Notes under the pieces: model-generated | Seen by the model: the letters and a program-made list of their open reading frames with translations, nothing else | Told to the model about the DNA's origin: nothing | Databases searched by the model: none | NCBI GenBank assembly: GCA_964016885.1 | Contig: OZ024741.1 | Coordinates: 374,852,001 to 374,916,000 of the forward strand | Source: Eledone cirrhosa | Taxonomy: Eukaryota | Reading direction: 5' to 3' | Length of the DNA stretch: 64,000 bases | Part shown: positions 40,705 to 54,845 of the stretch, piece after piece | Layout of the letters: each line of letters starts with the position of its first letter | Numbering within the stretch: the first letter of the stretch is position 1 | Position numbers and translations under genes: made by a program

Positions 40705-41930
40705 CTATTGCCCGTACCACAAACCTAATGAGTCCCTTAGATATATTAATGTTGATTCTAACCAGCCCCAAAACATCACTGATAACTTAGTAAAAAGTGT
40801 CTCTATTAGAATCTCTGGCCTCTCTGCCTATGAAGATATTTTTAACGCCTTTGCCTCCTACTACAATGACGCCCTCGCCCGCAGCGGATTTAAAGAAAAG
40901 ATAACCTACCTAGAAACCACCGCAAGACTGCATAGGAGGAATAGGCATAGGCAGATTAGCTGGTACAACCCTCCCTTCAATAGAGAGGTCTCTACACCTT
41001 TCGCTAGGATTTTCTTCACTTTGCTGAACACACACTTACCCATACAACAGGTACTACACCATCTTTAATAAGAACACAATAAGACTATCCTACTCCACCA
41101 CACCTAACCTAGCTAGGAATATAGCCAATCACAATTCTAAAAAATTAAATAAGCCAACCACCTCCGAACCCAATCCCCGGACTGGGGCCTTGTGTAATTG
41201 CCTAAATAAGGAAGCCTGCCCACTTGAAAACAAACGCCTGACAAATGATATCGTATACAAATGCGATATCATCTCAGGCACCGATGATTGCAACAACAAA
41301 AAGACTTACATCGGCATGACTTCCAATAACTTTAAGACCCGTTGGTATGCCCATACCCACTCCTTCAGAAGACCGGACAAATCAAACCAGACAACACTCG
41401 CCTCCTATGTTTGGGACCTCAAAAGGAACTCCACCCCCTTCACGCTTAAATGGAAAATACTCCAGTAAGCGCGCTCATACAACGGAGGACACAAATGCTG
41501 CGACCTTTGTATCTCAGAGAGCTACGAAATTGTATTCGCCAAGGACGCGCTACTGAACAAACTCTCTGAACACTGCACGAACTGCATGCACAAAAACTTT
41601 GCAACTTTCAAATACCTTAAGCCAGTGTTAATGCCCGATGGCTAAAAACGACTTCCCCCCCTTTTTTTTTAAACGCCAGCCGACAAAATATCCCCTCTAC
41701 TCCTTCCCACCCCACCCCACCCCTCCTCAACCTGAAACACGGCACTATGGTTACGTAAGTACCTCTTACCTATCTGCATTTTCTGCTTGTAGAGCTGTTT
41801 TTATGTGCCTGTGTATATGCGTATATTTATGAGTACATGTTTGTATGTATTTGTATGAGTGGCCGTTCGTTTGCATGCATATCGCTGTGTGTAGGTGCGT
41901 TCACATGAACCTGCATATGGGCATGTTTGT
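40705..41930 (+). mobile_element. PLE 3' part, decayed
   Basis: PYHKPNESLRYINVDSNQP, ISWYNPPF, CNCLNKEACPL, IVYKC..TYIGMTSNNFKTRW..H, CDLCISE..LLNK. Confidence 0.9.
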
Positions 41931-41943
41931 GTATGTTTGTGTG

Positions 41944-41994
<51 letters not shown>

Positions 41995-42019
41995 ATATAT
42001 ATATATGTATATATGTATG

Positions 42020-42069
<50 letters not shown>

Positions 42070-42070
<1 letters not shown>

Positions 42071-43778
42071 CGGCGATGAATTAGTTTTGCGAGGTTTTTT
42101 TATATGAAATCGTGTGTCGAAACAAATATTGTTATACTTGGGGAGGGTCGTATTTGTGTAATATTGCCAGAATTATTAACAGAACACACTCTCTGTTTGG
42201 TTGGTTTTCGCTTTTCGCTTCTGTGTCTTTTATATCAGTAATCAAATTTATGCGGTCCTCAATGTTGCCATTGACTGACCAACGGTCAAAAATAATACAG
42301 ATACAATATAGACACAAACACATATATATAGTTTATCAAAGTTCTTTCGTTGCACATCTGCAACATCGTCAGTGGTGGTATAGATCCCTCCCGTTGCATT
42401 GTATTTCTACGCCATCTTTATTTAGTCTGTTTATATATTTATTTATTTATTTGTTTGTTTGTTTATTTTATTTTGTCTTCTTTGCGCATGCGTTTGCGTG
42501 TGTGTATAGTGTTTTGTTTGATGTGTGTTCGTGATTGGGTGACTGTGTATTGGTTAATGTGTTCTATGTTTACTAGTGTGTGTTTATATGTGTTTGTTGT
42601 TATTGCGCTTGGGTATGTATTTATTTATTTATTTATTTATCTATTTATTTATACTTCTCTTAGGTCAGTGTTGTTTGTTTGGGTGTTGTTGTTATTCCAT
42701 TCATTCTTTCTGTTTAGTCTTGGCCTTCTAAGTTCTATTTCACTGGCCTCTCTGATTTGCCTATCTGCTGGGTCATTTCTATGTTTAGATATTATTCTAA
42801 TTTCTATGTTGTCTATGTTACCGTCGTGTTGTTGTCTGGCATGTTCGTATAGTACTGACCCGCTTTTTCGTCCTTTTAGTTCCCCCCAGTGTTGGTCTAT
42901 CCTTTCACCTATGCTACGAGCTGTTTCGCCTATGTATGTTGTTGTCATGTTTCTGCAAGTACCCTCTGTACATCTTATGCTATAGACTACGTTTCTAGTT
43001 TTACAGTTTATCCGGAGGTTTACCTTCATATGATACACTTCCTATTAGTACAGTGGGTTTTCTTAAAAGGGTAGGTTTTGCTGATCAGGGATTTTATGGT
43101 GGTTCCTGGCTTTTCTACCACCTTAATCTTTAAGTGGGTATTTCTCAGGGCCTTTCTACACTGGTTAGTTAATTTCCCTCCAGGGGTAGCATCCACAAAC
43201 ATGACACTCTGGTATCTCTGGTTGTCGTACCATGAGGTGGCTTTCCCTATCTTATGTCTAGCCCTATCTAAGCTATTCCAGGATTTGCTCCTGTATAATG
43301 GGCAAATTCCTTTCATGTCCAATTCTATGAGGGTCTTATACTTCTCCATGGCTCCTTCGTATACTCTGACTTTGTCTCTTTGGTTGTAGCCAGAGAACTG
43401 CATGCGGTTGATGAAGTGTTGGATGTATCTTTCCATTTCTGTTGGGTTGCACATGCTGGACACATTCTTCATCACTCGTACCAAATCCGCGATCAGAATA
43501 TTAAACTTAGCACTACCGGACATTGCTGAGTTTTTGAGTATCAGGTATTTGGAGGCCATGGGTTTAGCATAGTGTGAGTGGAGAATTTGGGCTCTCTCGT
43601 CTATAGTGTTAATCCAGAGTTCCGTGTCTAATACAGGTAGTCTATTGTTAGGGTGTTTGGAAGGGTAGTCGATAGTTACAGTTATACTCTGGTGTATGGA
43701 ATTAGCTATCTGCTGGATGCTTTCCATTGTGCTACGTTCTAAATTGTAGTGACCTACATTCCGCGGGCTCACATACAT
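42070..43778 (-). mobile_element. PLE of a second, distinct lineage (RT C-terminus, GIY-YIG, 3' UTR with hammerhead)
   Basis: TIDYPSKHPNNRLPVLDTELW, HYAKPMAS, RMQFSGY, NCKTRNVVYSIRC..YIGETARSIGERIDQH..RQIREASEI..LNRKNEW. Confidence 0.88.
42335..42376 (-). ncRNA. Type-I hammerhead motif
   Basis: ACCA-CTGACGA-T GTTGCA GATG TGCAAC-GAAA-GAAC-TT-TGAT; 6-bp stem II, stems I and III imperfect. Confidence 0.65.
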
Positions 43779-44124
43779 TCTCTGTGCGTGATTTGGCTCA
43801 GTTCAGCCAATCAGCGCCAGTAGAAGAGGATGTATCCCTACGCGCCCTGAGGAAGAAATTCACCGCGAAGATTTGAAGAATCTCGCTCTTGTACCGGAAA
43901 CTTCAAGACAGCAACTGGAAAGCCGACGGATCACACGCCAGATACCAGCCTCTGTTCAACACCATTGTTTGTGCTATAACAAAAAATAAACGTATATTTC
44001 ATCTCTAATTTCTGCTGTTATTATGTCACTTGCATCTCGATAACATCTACAACTAATACTGCTAAAAAATCAAACTTGTTAGTGCTCTCTAGTGGGGATG
44101 TTCTTATAACTATATATATATATA

Positions 44125-46830
44125 AATTAATAAAAACAATGAATAAAAACAAAGAACAAGTTCCTTATATTAAAAAATTCATCATTTTACGATCGTTTCT
44201 AGGATATATATGTGTGTTGGTATGTATATCATATAGATCTATGTAAAAATATTACAAACTATCGGAAGAAATATACATACCTTCACATATATATGCTGTC
44301 TTCAGAAATAATGAGATTTGTTTATTGAAAAAACCCAACAAATATTTAATATAATAGGTCTGTTTGGGAACAGGTTTTGAATTAACCAATAGAAAAGTAG
44401 TAAGAGGTCAAGTTGATAGAATAGTAGTAGTAGAAATTTAATTTAGGGGTAGAGGAATGCAGACTTATGTTTTGAATGGAAAGATACTTTGAATGAAAAG
44501 AATAGTTTGGGGATGAAAAGAAGTCAAGCCGGTGAAAAGTACACGAAAAGTTGATGTTATTAAAGAATAATGTTAATGTTAAAAACGAAGGAGAGTAAAA
44601 TTTTAGGGTAAAGGTATTAGTGAGAAATACCAATCTTATTTAAAACACAAGGAATTTAGATCTATAACAAGAAATTAAATTAATTGATAGGTATACTTAT
44701 AGGGATAAATTTATATTAATTCATATGGATGTGATAAATAAGAATTAGATGTTATTAAAGAATGTTGTTAAAAACGAAGGAAAATAAAATTTTGGGATAA
44801 GTGTAGTAGTAAGAAATACCAATTTTATATAGACTACAAGGAATCTAGATTCATAACAGAAAATTAAATTAATTTATATGTATACTTTTAGGTATTAATT
44901 TTAGGAAAAGAGAGCTGTAAGAGGGAAATAAAATTATGAAGTTCTCTGTAGTAAAGTACTAATTATAGGTTAACTAAATTAAAAAAACTAATTATAATAA
45001 TATGTAAAATATAAGTGTAAGGTGTATATTAATTAGGTTTATAATATTTGAAAGTTCTTCTAATTCTATGATTGCAAGATATAATTAATTCTTGTCGCTT
45101 ATTTAATAGGATATCCTTAGATTTCATTATTTCAAAAAGTTCCAGGGAGAATAATCTACACTCATATCTGTTATTTTGATAAGGGGTGGCCCTTTTGAAC
45201 ACACTCCAGGTCAGGTTGTAATCGATATTCTTTTTTCTATAATTATTAATTGTTTCAGCCAAGGATGTTGTATTAGCTAATGGGGCATTTTTAAAACTAT
45301 GTTTGTGGGTATTAAATCTTACTTTAAATTGGTTAGACGTAGCTCCTATATATGAATAAGTTGAGTCCTTAGTGCTAATTTTACATTTATATACTATGTT
45401 ATTAATAAGACTATTTCCCTTTAATGGGCAATTTCTTTTGTTTCTACAGTTACAACCATTCGTGAATATTATATCAGGGGAGTTAGTCAAATTTGGTGTG
45501 AAATTTACTCGACTTGTTATATGTGAAGGAGATGGTGGTTTGTTGCGGTTTATTTTAGTATTATGGTTGGTTTGATGTGTTGGTGGTATATTCGTGGTTT
45601 TTTTTTACATTTATATGCGTTGTACGCACTTATATTTTGTTGTATATTTTTGGTAGTAGAGTAGGAAAATTTGACAGTTGAACTATTTAAAATTTGATGG
45701 TATTTATGGTTTGGCGGGAAGTTTTTCACTAAGATAGTAACAAATTTTTTAGGGATATTATCTTTAATTTGTAGATTAAATGGAGCATTATACCAAGTAA
45801 CTCGTCTATGACGGTTTCGATGTTGTTTTTTATATTTATACGATGCATCAGGATGTTTTCTAAGAGAGTTAGTATTAGTGAATTTATTATATATAGGTTT
45901 AGTTAGATTAACTTATTTAGGTGTTTTAGTCTGATTATTAGGAATTTTGTTAGTAATGTTATTAACGTATATTGGAGTATTAGGATAAATGGTTTTTTGA
46001 AAGTTATTATATTTTATGTGAGAAGAGGTAGAGAAATTAAGTTTTAGGTTGGTGTTTTTAGGTGTAGTATGAGTGGCATTTAGGTGTGTGTTTTTCATTT
46101 GATGTTTGTTGGTAATATTGGGTTGTATGTTTGAAGTATTATTGGTGCAAGGTATATAGACTAATTTGTTTTTGTGGCCGCTTCTAGCTAAAGCTTCGTT
46201 ATAAAAGGGCTCATTTTTATCGAATACATCCTGGTTAGATGAAAGGTTAGAAATTCTGAGTGAGATATTATATGCTAGATTTTTAAGGATAGATCTAGGG
46301 TGATTGGATTGTGAGTGTATGTAATGTAAGTTTTGGTTAGGTTTATGGCAAGGTTGGTAGATACCCGTAGATAAGTCTAAAGTTATATCTAGGAAATTAA
46401 CTATTTTACTGGTCTTTTCAAATGTAATAGTGAGACTATAATAGTCTTTGAGGAAAGTTCTAATAAGTTTTTTTATTTTTTTCAATTTCTGATAGGCTAA
46501 GGTTAGTGGAAAGAAGAAGACAGTCATCACGATATAAACCACCTTTAAGGTGGGGGAAAAGAAGAATCTATGTTAAATAGAAGAAAGAGGCCCACAAGAT
46601 CGGTAATTTGGGCAGAATCACTAGAGCCCAAAGTAATGTCGAATAGATTACTATATGTATTTCCGGTCCAGTATTCCTTCTGAAATTCCAGTAGTGTTTG
46701 TCTAGCGTGCGTGATAATATTAATGTCATCCATAGTTAATAAGCATCTATATCAAATTGTAGAAATAAAGCAGATGATTTATTTCTAATATTAGTAAACC
46801 AGTTAATTACTTGGGATGTGTTTTCCGACC
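44125..46830 (-). mobile_element. AT-rich PLE (RT, expanded linker, GIY-YIG, long 3' UTR, terminal hammerhead) ending at (TA)n
   Basis: FLQFDIDA, FDITLGSSDSAQITDLVGLF, GLYRDDC, VNFLDITL, HSQSNHP, CNCRNKRNCPL, IVYKC..YIGATSNQFKVR, LLNKRQE. Confidence 0.9.
44184..44309 (-). ncRNA. Hammerhead motif with ~100-nt stem II, canonical core
   Basis: ATTT-CTGAAGA-CAGCATATATATGTG..CACATATATATCCTA-GAAA-CGATCG-TA-AAAT. Confidence 0.75.
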
Positions 46831-47206
46831 GTATATTTTGGTAGATTTATCTACATATATATATATATGTGTGGGTCTCTTCTTGCTCACATCTCACACA
46901 CATCAACACGGCCTGTACCTCTCTCGCTCATGAAATCCACCCAGTTTATGTTGACCGGACAACCATGTTGCTTGTTTATTTTCCTATCTTCGGTTTGCTT
47001 TTATCCTTCTATGTTGTTTACTTGTCCCCCTCGCTTTACGCGAATTCTGGTCCCAATAACTTTTTTTAGTTATTGCTCGCACCAACCTGAGGTATCTGAT
47101 TTTTAATGCGATGAAATACCAATGATGGTTGGAGAATCACTGACGAAGGACTATTTTTATCATATGTAACCCATGTGCAAACCACGCAGTATTCTTCTTT
47201 CTTCTC

Positions 47207-47241
<35 letters not shown>

Positions 47242-47612
47242 AGTATGTACACGTACACACATATATGCATACCGACGTACAGTAGTATGTATACATATAT
47301 ATACATACATGCACACATATATATATGCACGTATGGATTCACCGAATATTTATTATAATGCTCGGTGTGTTTGTAAACAAACGTCCCGTATTAAGCCGTA
47401 GTGTCTAGCAACCACCGTTGCTCGTTTGTTCAACACTGACAAAGGAACGCTGTACTAGTTTCAAGCTTGTTAGCTATTGTCAGCAACGTATACCTTCCTG
47501 CCAGATTGTTGAACGTATATACTTACCTTATGCATATTAACGGCTGAGTAGCCCAATTTGCATATCGAGTGGGTTAATCGGCCGGGTGCACCGAAAACGA
47601 TAATATATATAT

Positions 47613-47806
47613 AGTGAAGGCGTGTGGCTGAGTGGTTAGAGAATTGGATTCGCAATCGTACCGGGCGATGCGTTATGCCCTTGAGCAAGACACTTTATTT
47701 CACGTTGCTCCTTCTACCTGGAGTTGCGACCGATAGATAGTATTAGCAATTTGAAAGACCAACGGAAACATTGTTTCGTCGGTCCGATTTGACGAAAGTC
47801 GATCGG
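47613..47806 (+). mobile_element. SINE family A (B-box region deleted) between (TA)n runs
   Basis: GTGAAGGCGTGTGGCTGAGTGGTTAGAG head; tail ends GACGAAAGTCGATCG. Confidence 0.85.
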
Positions 47807-47812
47807 AGAAAG

Positions 47813-47848
<36 letters not shown>

Positions 47849-48599
47849 CTAACGGAAGATAGAGATTTAGGGATTACTTTCAACCAGGATAATGTTGGAA
47901 ACAGTAACAATAGTCAGACTCTATGATCAAGTATTACACCCTTTTCAAATGACCAGTTATTATTTGCATTCTTCTGGCCAATAAATGAATTCAGTTTGCG
48001 CAATATATGAATCTTTGCATGGATATAGTCAAGTTATGCGGTCTATTTTTCAGACATTGAGCAAAACGTCGAGGATCTGACGGAATTTGAAAATAACAGA
48101 AGGAACTTGAAGATAACACAAGGGAAACCAAAAGTATGAGCTCTAACCAATATATCTCTAGGTTCTTGACTGATCAAGGGTTTGTACTTGAATAGTCTCC
48201 AAAGCTGAGATCTGAGCAAATCTTCTTTTTGTGCAAATCTCCCCTCTCCATATGTTACATATGTTGTCCATGGAAAAGGTAAGGTAAAGGGCCCTTAATT
48301 CTGGATGGAGTCGTAGGGGTGCCGTACTTCATACGTCTTGGGCATTTTAAACCAAGGAAAGGGCAGAGGCCATGTTGCTAACAACTTCGTCAATCCACTG
48401 CGCTGGACTGGTACTTGATTTGTCGACTCCGAAAGGTTGAAAGATCGCAGTGAAATTTATTTGGATTCAGAGGACAGAGAACCGCAACAAGTGCCGTGAA
48501 GCATTTTAAATCCGACGCTTGAACGACCTTAGCCATATAACTGATGCGGAATTAATTCGTACTAAATCTATTAGGATTTAAATATCGAAGATCTTGGCA

Positions 48600-49340
48600 T
48601 TCAAATGATAGGGAACTCGTTTTGATGTTAGTACTTCCTTGTTCTTGTTGAAAGTTTCCTAACCTAGAGCAATGCGATATTGCACAGCAACCTTTCCATT
48701 GTTGTTTGATGATAGTTTGTGACCGAGATATACAAGCCCTGTAACTTGAGCAATTTGCTGGTTGTAGATTGTGAGTTGGAGATTGGCACTGTTTTTATCA
48801 GTTGTCATACACTTTGTTTTGGAGATGTTGGTGCGTAAGCCAGCCTCTAGCGAATGTCTGGCCAGTACATTCAGAAAGTCCTGCAGATTAGTTCTAGAGT
48901 AACTCATGATGGCCAGATCACCTGCATAGCTAAGATTTATGTTATATGGTCTTGACTGTGTTAATTGGACGACAAGGTCACTTCAGAAGCTCTCTACACT
49001 CCAGAACCACATCATGAGATTTATGACGGGCAGGCGGCTCAGCGACCGTATCTGTATCAGTGAGCTGTTCGACATTACCAGACTTAGACCAATTACATCA
49101 ATTGTCAAGTCAAGAGTACTCAAACTATACGGTCATATAAAAAGATCAACTCGTGGTGTGAGAAGGAATGTTGGCTGGTAAGAGAAGCAGAGGCCGGCAG
49201 CCAAAACGATGGCTTGATAATGTCAACTTATGGACTGGACTTGATCTTTGCTCTTTAAACTCTGCTGCTGGTGATCGAACTTTGTGGAGAAAAATATTTC
49301 ATGTTGATGCACAGTCTGCAACTGGCGGAGTTTAGCATCA
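48600..49340. mobile_element. RTE-clade LINE with 5' inversion (minus 48600-48935, plus 48936-49340)
   Basis: Minus: YAGDLAIM..GLRTNISKTKCM..VYLGHK..RIALG. Plus: MLYGLDCVNW..LYGHIKR..KRSRGRQPKRWLDNV. Confidence 0.8.
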
Positions 49341-50357
49341 ACGAAGAAATCTATTAGGATTTATCTTTCCATTATAGCAAGAAGGCTGTGTGGTATCCGT
49401 GGGTGGAATTCGTGACTTTATTTTCCTTCCCCGATGGAATCACTATTTATATGAGTAACAATCTTTCCTATCATCGTGCATGTCCAAGAAATTATAATTA
49501 TATTTATATTCTTCTATAATCTTATATAAACAGTCAAACACTGAACAATATAAATTACATAAAAAGGTAAAATAAAACAAAGTCTATGCTTCGCTGAGAA
49601 GGTCTAATAAGAATGGAACATGTCCACAGTTGGCTTCTACAATTGTCAAAATAATTAAAATAAATTCAACATTGGGATATAATTTCTCCATTTTCATTAC
49701 GTTAGTTTTCTAGAGAGTTTCTTTAATGTTTGCATAAAATTTGACCACACCTACTTAACTGTAGACTTTTATTATGCGGATGATGTCCCCGAGAAATTAC
49801 CTTCAGTGTTCTGCTTTCTTAAACATATTAATTCTCCACGCCTGGTCAAGGTACAATGCTATAATCATACAAATTAATTCCCATATGGCTATTTTGGCAA
49901 GTAATACGAAGATTACTCTTCGCCAAGAAGGTTTAATTCGACCGAAACATGTCGTAAATTGTTTTCCGTACTTTCCGAAATGATTATAATAGTATTACTC
50001 ATCTTACTTATGTTCTCCTTTCACCGCAATAATATATCTAATCAGTATATCATTCCTCATTACAATAAGTATGTTCACCCTTACTTCAGTAAATTACTGA
50101 AATTACAGCAGGCTATTTTTCCATTTATATTTATTATTCAATTTTAAAGTTTTAAAGGTTTTGTTCATTAGACATGTTACAAGGATATCAAACATAAAAT
50201 TGTTTAAATTATACGATTCTTTTACAAATTTAACATTAGATTATTCCAAATGTTCGAATTAAAATATTAAATCAAAAGGAATTGACACCAAACTTTATAT
50301 AATCTGTATTCTTAAAAATTATTTCGCTGAAACTTTCTCTTGGTAATTAGTGTATAA

Positions 50358-50418
<61 letters not shown>

Positions 50419-50433
50419 CACAGATATATATAC

Positions 50434-50482
<49 letters not shown>

Positions 50483-50996
50483 CAGACATGCATTTCCTCA
50501 TCTTTAGACTGTCTCTCACAAAGGTCACTTCGCTGTATTCCAATATTTGGTAATATATAGGCCTCCCCTCCTTCTCCTCTGTTATCTCCTCCACCTTCAC
50601 CCTTCCTTCTTCTGTGACTCTAATTAACTACACTAGCCAATGATTGCTGTTGTTTTCTAACTGACAATTTAATAATACTCTTCTATACATAAATTGTGTT
50701 TAGGATATGGCATAGGTCCACATCCATTGGTTGGTTTTGCACTATTAGTAGATTAACTTGCCACACAGAGCTAAAGAACCCTTAAGCTTTAAAGAACTGT
50801 TTCTGATGCCAGAGGACATTGGATTCGGTTTATGTTTCTACAGTGAGGTGAGATTTTACGGTAACATTATAATATTATCTTTTAAATCAAACAAATACAC
50901 ACATACAAAAATACACACGCACACACACATACGCGCATATAAATAAATATATATATATGATATATGTATATATACATATGTATATATGTATGTGTG

Positions 50997-51053
<57 letters not shown>

Positions 51054-51058
51054 ATATG

Positions 51059-51167
<109 letters not shown>

Positions 51168-51168
51168 G

Positions 51169-51209
<41 letters not shown>

Positions 51210-51239
51210 GAATATATATATATATATATATATATATGA

Positions 51240-51328
<89 letters not shown>

Positions 51329-51381
51329 TTAACAATATTAATAAAGGGAAAATATCTTATCTTCATAATACCATATTCATT

Positions 51382-51433
51382 TTATTATACGTATTTCAAG
51401 GACACAAAATTTTAGTGCGCTTTCATCAGATAA
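51382..51433 (-). ncRNA. Type-I hammerhead motif (family of 32490 and 58683)
   Basis: TTAT-CTGATGA-AAGCGCAC..GTGTCCTT-GAAA-TACGTA-TA-ATAA. Confidence 0.75.
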
Positions 51434-51584
51434 CATATAATATATGGTGTTAAGATATTGACATAGCTAAGCGCAAACTTACTAGTATTTATGTGAAAAT
51501 ATATATGTATATGTATATATATATGTATGTATATAAGTTAAAACAATGAAATAAAAAATTCAAGTCATTAGAGATATACTTCAC

Positions 51585-51720
51585 TGCTTTACGATCGTTT
51601 CTAGGTGATGATAATACATTGTAGCTATACTCCGTTATTCATCTATGTAAGGTTAGTTAAAAAATATCAGATAAAGAGAATATTTACTTACATGCATATC
51701 ACCAGCTGTTTTCAAAAGCA
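51585..51720 (-). ncRNA. Long-stem-II hammerhead, U3:A8 core variant
   Basis: TGCTT-TTGAAAA-CAGCTGGTGAT..ATCACCTA-GAAA-CGATCG-TA-AAGCA. Confidence 0.7.
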
Positions 51721-52003
51721 ATGTATGTATGTATATATATATGTATGCATATCTGTATGCGTATATATATATATATGTAAATATATATATGTATATATAT
51801 TGTGGAGAGTCATGTCAATAAAAGCACACGCACCTGTTGAATTTCACTTCAGTTTTATCGTTAGTTAGTTTACTAATCCATTCGTCGGTTAGTTTAGAAA
51901 CTGGATGGAGGAATGTAAACTAATAACGAAACAGAGTTGAAAACGAACTTGTTTAAGCAAATAATTTCTGCTTTCACCCTTTAATCTGTGTTATCTCTTT
52001 CTC

Positions 52004-52063
<60 letters not shown>

Positions 52064-52168
52064 AATATATATGTCTTTAAAGCATTGAAATATCTGAGAC
52101 CCCAGTAGATAACTAATGAGGACCCCCCCGTTCTTGCTTTCTTCTTATTCTCATTCCATTTTTAAGCC

Positions 52169-52268
<100 letters not shown>

Positions 52269-52279
52269 ATATATATATA

Positions 52280-52365
<86 letters not shown>

Positions 52366-52366
52366 C

Positions 52367-52452
<86 letters not shown>

Positions 52453-52499
52453 TTAAAGCAATGGAATAAAAAAATCAAATCATTAGAGATATACTTCAC

Positions 52500-52635
52500 T
52501 GCTTTACGATCGTTTCTAGGTGATGATAATACATCGTAACTATACTTCGATATCGATCAATGTAAGGTTAGTTACAAAATATCAGATAAAGAGAATATTT
52601 ACTTACATGCATATCACCAGCTGTTGTCAAAAGCA
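52500..52635 (-). ncRNA. Long-stem-II hammerhead, U3:A8 variant with N7=C
   Basis: TGCTT-TTGACAA-CAGC..CCTA-GAAA-CGATCG-TA-AAGCA; element ~52451-52637 is bounded by (TA)n on both sides. Confidence 0.7.
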
Positions 52636-52925
52636 ATATATATATATATAATATAATATATATATATATATAATGTTTAATATGGAAAAGGCTTCTACAG
52701 GACTAGAACTGTTTCATTCGACGGAAATCATCATGGAAGCCCTTTCTATATTAAACATTGTATATACTCTATGTATTGGGTACCTTACTTACTGTGGTTA
52801 CACCGATTGGACGCGACACGCACACAGACCCCCCCCCCCCACACACACATACACACACACACACATACATACACACACACACATACAGACACACACATAT
52901 ACACACGCACACACACACACACACA

Positions 52926-52970
<45 letters not shown>

Positions 52971-53037
52971 ACACACACACATACAGACACACACACATAC
53001 ACACGCACACACACACACACACACACACATACACACA

Positions 53038-53092
<55 letters not shown>

Positions 53093-53142
53093 ACACACAC
53101 ACACATACATACACACACACACATACAGACACACACACATAC

Positions 53143-53214
<72 letters not shown>

Positions 53215-53215
53215 A

Positions 53216-53253
<38 letters not shown>

Positions 53254-53323
53254 GACACACACACATACACACGCACACACACACACACACACACATACAC
53301 ACACACACATACACCCCCCCCCC

Positions 53324-53355
<32 letters not shown>

Positions 53356-53478
53356 GGGATTGTAACGTTCAATTGCTGTAGGTTCACCAGAGTGAGCACT
53401 CGCTGCGTAGTTTCCAGTAAGTATAAAGTATATAGAACTAAGCAGAGGGTAATTAGAATAATAATAAAAAGGACGATT

Positions 53479-53736
53479 TGTTATGTTTTCATTACGCTTA
53501 TTGAATAGTGATGCGCGTTTCGCTATTGATCAGTTCAAGGTTCGATCTGTATCGATCTAGCCCGACTCTGGAATCAAAAGCCCGTCGGACCTCTTTTTTG
53601 GTATTGTCATTACCACAACAGAAGTTCGACGCGCTTTTCATTCTAGAGCCGAACTAGATCGATACTGATCGAGCCTTGAGTTGATCAATAGCGAAACGCG
53701 TGTCACTAATCAATAAACGTAATGAAGACATAACAT
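53479..53736. repeat. Diverged fold-back inverted repeat with degenerate hammerhead cores
   Basis: Arms ~53479-53597 and ~53620-53736; GC-GAAA-CGCGTG-TC-ACT in the right arm. Confidence 0.8.
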
Positions 53737-53782
53737 ATCGATTTTATGATTATTAATATATATATATTGGTGTTGGAAATAC

Positions 53783-53832
<50 letters not shown>

Positions 53833-53866
53833 GTGTTTCCAACACCAATGAAATCATCATTACCAC

Positions 53867-53940
<74 letters not shown>

Positions 53941-54096
53941 ACATTATCATCACTACCGTCAATATCTCCCTACCAACACCATAAGTTTTCTGAAGAAGGC
54001 TAATACAAAAAATATTCTTAATTTGTACCACATTCGATCGTTTTTGTTTTTCTGTTTCCATATCCTCTGTTTTCCCACCTTTTTAATTGCATTAGC

Positions 54097-54127
<31 letters not shown>

Positions 54128-54162
54128 TGTATGTATGTATGTATGTATGTACGTATGTGTTA

Positions 54163-54771
54163 TGTCAGGTCACCAGTTGGTGCTACTGGTAACATGTATC
54201 CCAGTACAACCTGTCTCATGGTCGGGTCGTTGGCGACTAAACTGGCAACCCCACCAAGGTTTCTTGGTGAGGAGGGTGACTTTGGACATCCTGCAGGACT
54301 AAAAACAAAACCTGTCAAAGGGCAAAGGAGCTCTTAAGAGTCAATGGCCATCCAAAATCACCGGGAGAGATGACCCCTTAGCCTTTGTCAAGGCAGAATT
54401 CTAGGAGAAGGAAAACTCTAATATAACATCTGCAACTCTGATGGTATCCAATGATGTTGACTTGTTCTTCTTTTTGGTAAATATCATCTTGGTTAAGAGA
54501 GTGGGACTGGCTTTGTGCAGTGCCTTTGCTCACCATAAAAACTTCACGGCACAGGCATTGCTTTATATCTGGAGATCTCTCTGCACTTGTCGTCACATGG
54601 TACCATGGGCCCAGCACTATGTGTCAATAATTGTCACAGGTGTAGTGTTTGTACCAGAGTTTTCAAGTCGCTGGCTGGACTAAAAAGTCACACTCGTTCA
54701 GCGCATCGGTAGGGGTTCTCCTACATGGATATAAAGTAGTGGCCGTATTCGAAAACGAGTTGGCAGCCATC
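54163..54771. mobile_element. ~600-bp TACA-embedded element, reverse-complement copy of 20304-20900
   Basis: Collinear over its full length; (TATG)n on both sides. Confidence 0.88.
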
Positions 54772-54845
54772 ATGTACGTATGTATGCATGTATGTATGTA
54801 TGTATGTATGTATGTATGTATGTATGTATCTATGTATGTATGTAT

